64,000 nucleotides of DNA, taken from contig OZ296650.1 of the NCBI GenBank assembly GCA_965655095.1, positions 76,446,001 to 76,510,000 on the forward strand. Reading direction: 5' to 3'. This document shows positions 62,501-64,000 of this stretch, one piece after another (within the stretch, counting starts at the first letter, position 1; every line of letters begins with the position of its first letter). Source of the DNA: Haplodiscus bocki. Taxonomy: Eukaryota. The position numbers and the translations under genes are program-made. The notes below the pieces were generated by a model, which saw only the letters and a list, made by a program, of their open reading frames with translations, ran no database searches and had not been told where the DNA came from.

Positions 62501-63584
62501 ACACCGTCAAAATGTGTTTCTCAGAAGCATCTGACTTTATGTTTCAATTTGCTGTTAAATTTCAGGAAATCTTCTGTTTTGGTTTTCCATGCTTTGGCGC
62601 ACTTGTATATTTGAAATGACCGCAGCAGAGGCTGTTTTCATTGTCTTAGACATTCGTCTCTTTTATTGATAATTGAGAGGGAGTTTCATTGCATTTACAA
62701 GTAAAAATAACTGTTAAAAGTGGCCAACGATCAATTTTTTGTGAAGCGTGCTGAAAAAGTTGCGTTTTTTTGAGGTGATGTTTCTTCTCAGATTGAGTTA
62801 TTCACTCACATAAAAACAAAAAAAGACCACCTTTTTCCTACACAGCCATCTTTTCCCCGTTGAAAGAGGTGCCTGCAATGTCGGGTAAATGCTGTTTGTA
62901 TTTGGATATCAAAACAAAATTACCCTGTATACCTACTACTACCTTATTCACCCGCTGATTAATAAGTAGAGCAATGAGCGAAAAGGAGCCTGCATGTCCG
63001 CCTTGATTGAAGACGTCAACTTTATTTTTACAAATCAGATTGAAACGCTGTTTCAAAGAAATGTTGTCGGTTTGAATTATGGGCCGTCATACCTGCAGAC
63101 TTGCGTACCTTGGGGAGTTTGTTCTTGTTGAGGAACATAGGAAGTGCGTCGCGTCCTGCATTGTTGGGAACGATCTCTTTGATCTCGATCTCATCATCTG
63201 CTAAGAAGTAATGCAGCACAAATTCTCGCATGTCTCCGAACAGATTGTTTGTATCATCCCACAGCATGTAGAATCTCAACACATGTCCACTGTGTTCAAG
63301 GTACTGTCCGAGCTTGTCGATTCTTTCGTACGGTCTCAAAGGCTGCATCGCCTCTAGTTCTGCCTGGCGGTGTTTACTGTAGGGGTCATCGGGGATCTCA
63401 CAGGGGTCACCGATTTTAACACCCAACTTTCGCAAGAAGTTTCTCGTAAACTGGTCGCAATCACACAATTTGAACACTTTCCCGTAAATCTCTATTTCCT
63501 GACCAACATTCAGATCCTCAACTGTGTAGAAAGTCTGATCGTTCGGAGGAGGTCTGTTAATTCTGGAGCGCCGCACCAGCGTTC
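53443..63584 (-). CDS. EFHC2: EF-hand domain-containing family member C2 (RIB72-like, DM10 domains); nine 3' coding exons, 5' end outside the window
   Basis: Exons 63584-63109, 61834-61594, 59418-59253, 59073-58734, 58141-58005, 55678-55481, 55383-55291, 54483-54378 and 53529-53443 join in frame with consistent phases. They contain DM10 motifs and the long EFHC2-type C-terminus (FENFD, INWRDYP, KYVNYETLMGDLFK*). Confidence 0.93.
54378..54483 (-). CDS. EFHC2: EFHC2 exon
   Basis: ttattcag|G acceptor; LIDSAAMLPYEQFLMEINWRDYPIP..VLR; AGA|gtaagt donor. Confidence 0.87.
55291..55383 (-). CDS. EFHC2: EFHC2 exon (absent from the ORF track)
   Basis: atttcag|A acceptor; TGKLQAAEVRKTCIAMHIHVAVDLLSHYLS; AG|gtacat donor. 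Confidence 0.87.
55481..55678 (-). CDS. EFHC2: EFHC2 exon (absent from the ORF track)
   Basis: ttttag|A acceptor; DVLLGGTGSMLTEAEIITLARYYG..LRKANFENFDELRKALMLRDPE; AA|gtaatt donor. Confidence 0.9.
56507..57723. mobile_element. Non-autonomous foldback/MITE-like DNA transposon in an EFHC2 intron
   Basis: The minisatellite forms the left end. Inverted copies (ggcattgggtattatg) lie at 57640-57720. The direct repeat CCTCATAC flanks both sides (56499-56506 and 57724-57731) as a candidate 8 bp TSD. Confidence 0.7.
56517..56975. repeat. Minisatellite of 15 and 17 bp units (ATACCCAATGCCA[T/A]A and ATACCCAATGTGACATA)
   Basis: Directly visible, roughly 27-29 units. It generates the GILALGIMSHWV pseudo-ORFs. 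Confidence 0.97.
58005..58141 (-). CDS. EFHC2: EFHC2 exon (EF-hand region), probable GC donor
   Basis: ttttag|TGG acceptor; WSQSNIDMVLYKLK..FKAKDSKGSGSLIFNSF; AG|gcacgc donor inferred from phase and homology. Confidence 0.8.
58734..59073 (-). CDS. EFHC2: EFHC2 exon (DM10-3)
   Basis: tttcag|A acceptor; SNILRFAAVL..RRFIMSYFLSDDTISVFEP..DADEYTYNYME; GAA|gtaaga donor. Confidence 0.94.
59253..59418 (-). CDS. EFHC2: EFHC2 exon
   Basis: ttttcag|CC acceptor; PPYNGFGSYEDSLGNC..KFMEKD; AG|gtacag donor. Confidence 0.92.
60197..61329. mobile_element. Second, older foldback/MITE-like element in an EFHC2 intron
   Basis: The right end has ~15-16 bp tandem units (GTTGAAATTGCAGTGG, 61216-61305) ending in GGCGAAATGACATGTACCC. 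The left end has a degenerate inverse (GATGTCAGGTCATTTC...CTGCAATTTCAACC). No clear TSD. Confidence 0.5.
61594..61834 (-). CDS. EFHC2: EFHC2 exon (DM10-2)
   Basis: tttcag|CTT acceptor; FYTDADLSVGAIINVWGRKMLICDCDEFTKQYYKTKYG; A|gtaagt donor. Confidence 0.93.
63109..63584 (-). CDS. EFHC2: EFHC2 exon (end of DM10-1, start of DM10-2)
   Basis: tttcag|GAACG acceptor; VLRFYMLWDD..FVLHYFLADDEIEIKE..KLPK; AAG|gtacgc donor. Confidence 0.93.
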
Positions 63585-64000
63585 CTGAAACAATGAAAAT
63601 GTTCGAATGAAACGTTAGAACTAGGCATTAGACTTCCGATTTTCCGTTTACGCTAGTTTACATTTTCTTCGATAAAGTGTCCAATAGTGTTTGAACACAA
63701 GCGGGGTTGGTTGTGGAAAACGAATGAAGCTATGAATTCTTGAAAAGAATCTCTTTGAAAAGAATCTCGATACTACGCAACCCCGATATTGCGCAAACCC
63801 CTATTTGGCGTAACCTTGAGAAATCTGATACTAATGAATTCCTCCTCTCCATATATCTTAAAACTTCTTACCGTTTTTTCATATGGGCCGTCTTTTGAGA
63901 TGCGCCATACCGAGGTTCGGCTGTATATTTATTTAGTATCAACCCTTGCAAAAGTTTCAAATTGAGAGATTATGGAAAGGAAGATGAGTAGTAAACAGTT

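Noticed and set aside
63093-63108. Alternative donor GCAG|GTATGA 16 nt downstream of the chosen EFHC2 donor
   Set aside because: It would leave phase 1, which is incompatible with the phase-0 acceptor at 61834.
53443-63584. Calling the DM10 gene EFHC1
   Set aside because: The KFMEKD..SNILRF linker, the KPGQ insert in DM10-3 and the extended C-terminus (FENFD, NWR, KYVNY) fit EFHC2 as I recall it.

Overview
This is AT-rich animal genomic DNA with spliceosomal introns, not prokaryotic sequence. Bases 1-6.2 kb are heavily decayed, probably TE- or virus-derived, and could not be assigned. A ~30 kb tandem-repeat array runs from ~6.2 to 36.7 kb with a nested hierarchy: a degenerate ~170-177 bp monomer, a ~680-703 bp tetramer, a ~1.94 kb higher-order repeat (6 copies) and a ~5.83 kb super-period. 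A second block is built from 703 bp and ~1.67 kb units. The homogeneous core is flanked on both sides by more diverged layers, as in alpha-satellite centromeres. The minus strand of the monomer repeatedly reads as a ~57-59 aa peptide repeat, hinting at a protein-coding origin. After the array come a gag-like remnant, an assembly gap of ~200 N, a dead near-full-length LINE (ORF1, APE, RT; minus strand) and a (TC)n(GT)n microsatellite. Then follow an intronless CCDC149 gene (+) and, convergent with it, the last nine coding exons of EFHC2 (-). EFHC2 has a probable GC-AG intron and two intronic foldback/MITE-like elements. All alignments and family calls were made by eye or from memory; no searches were run.
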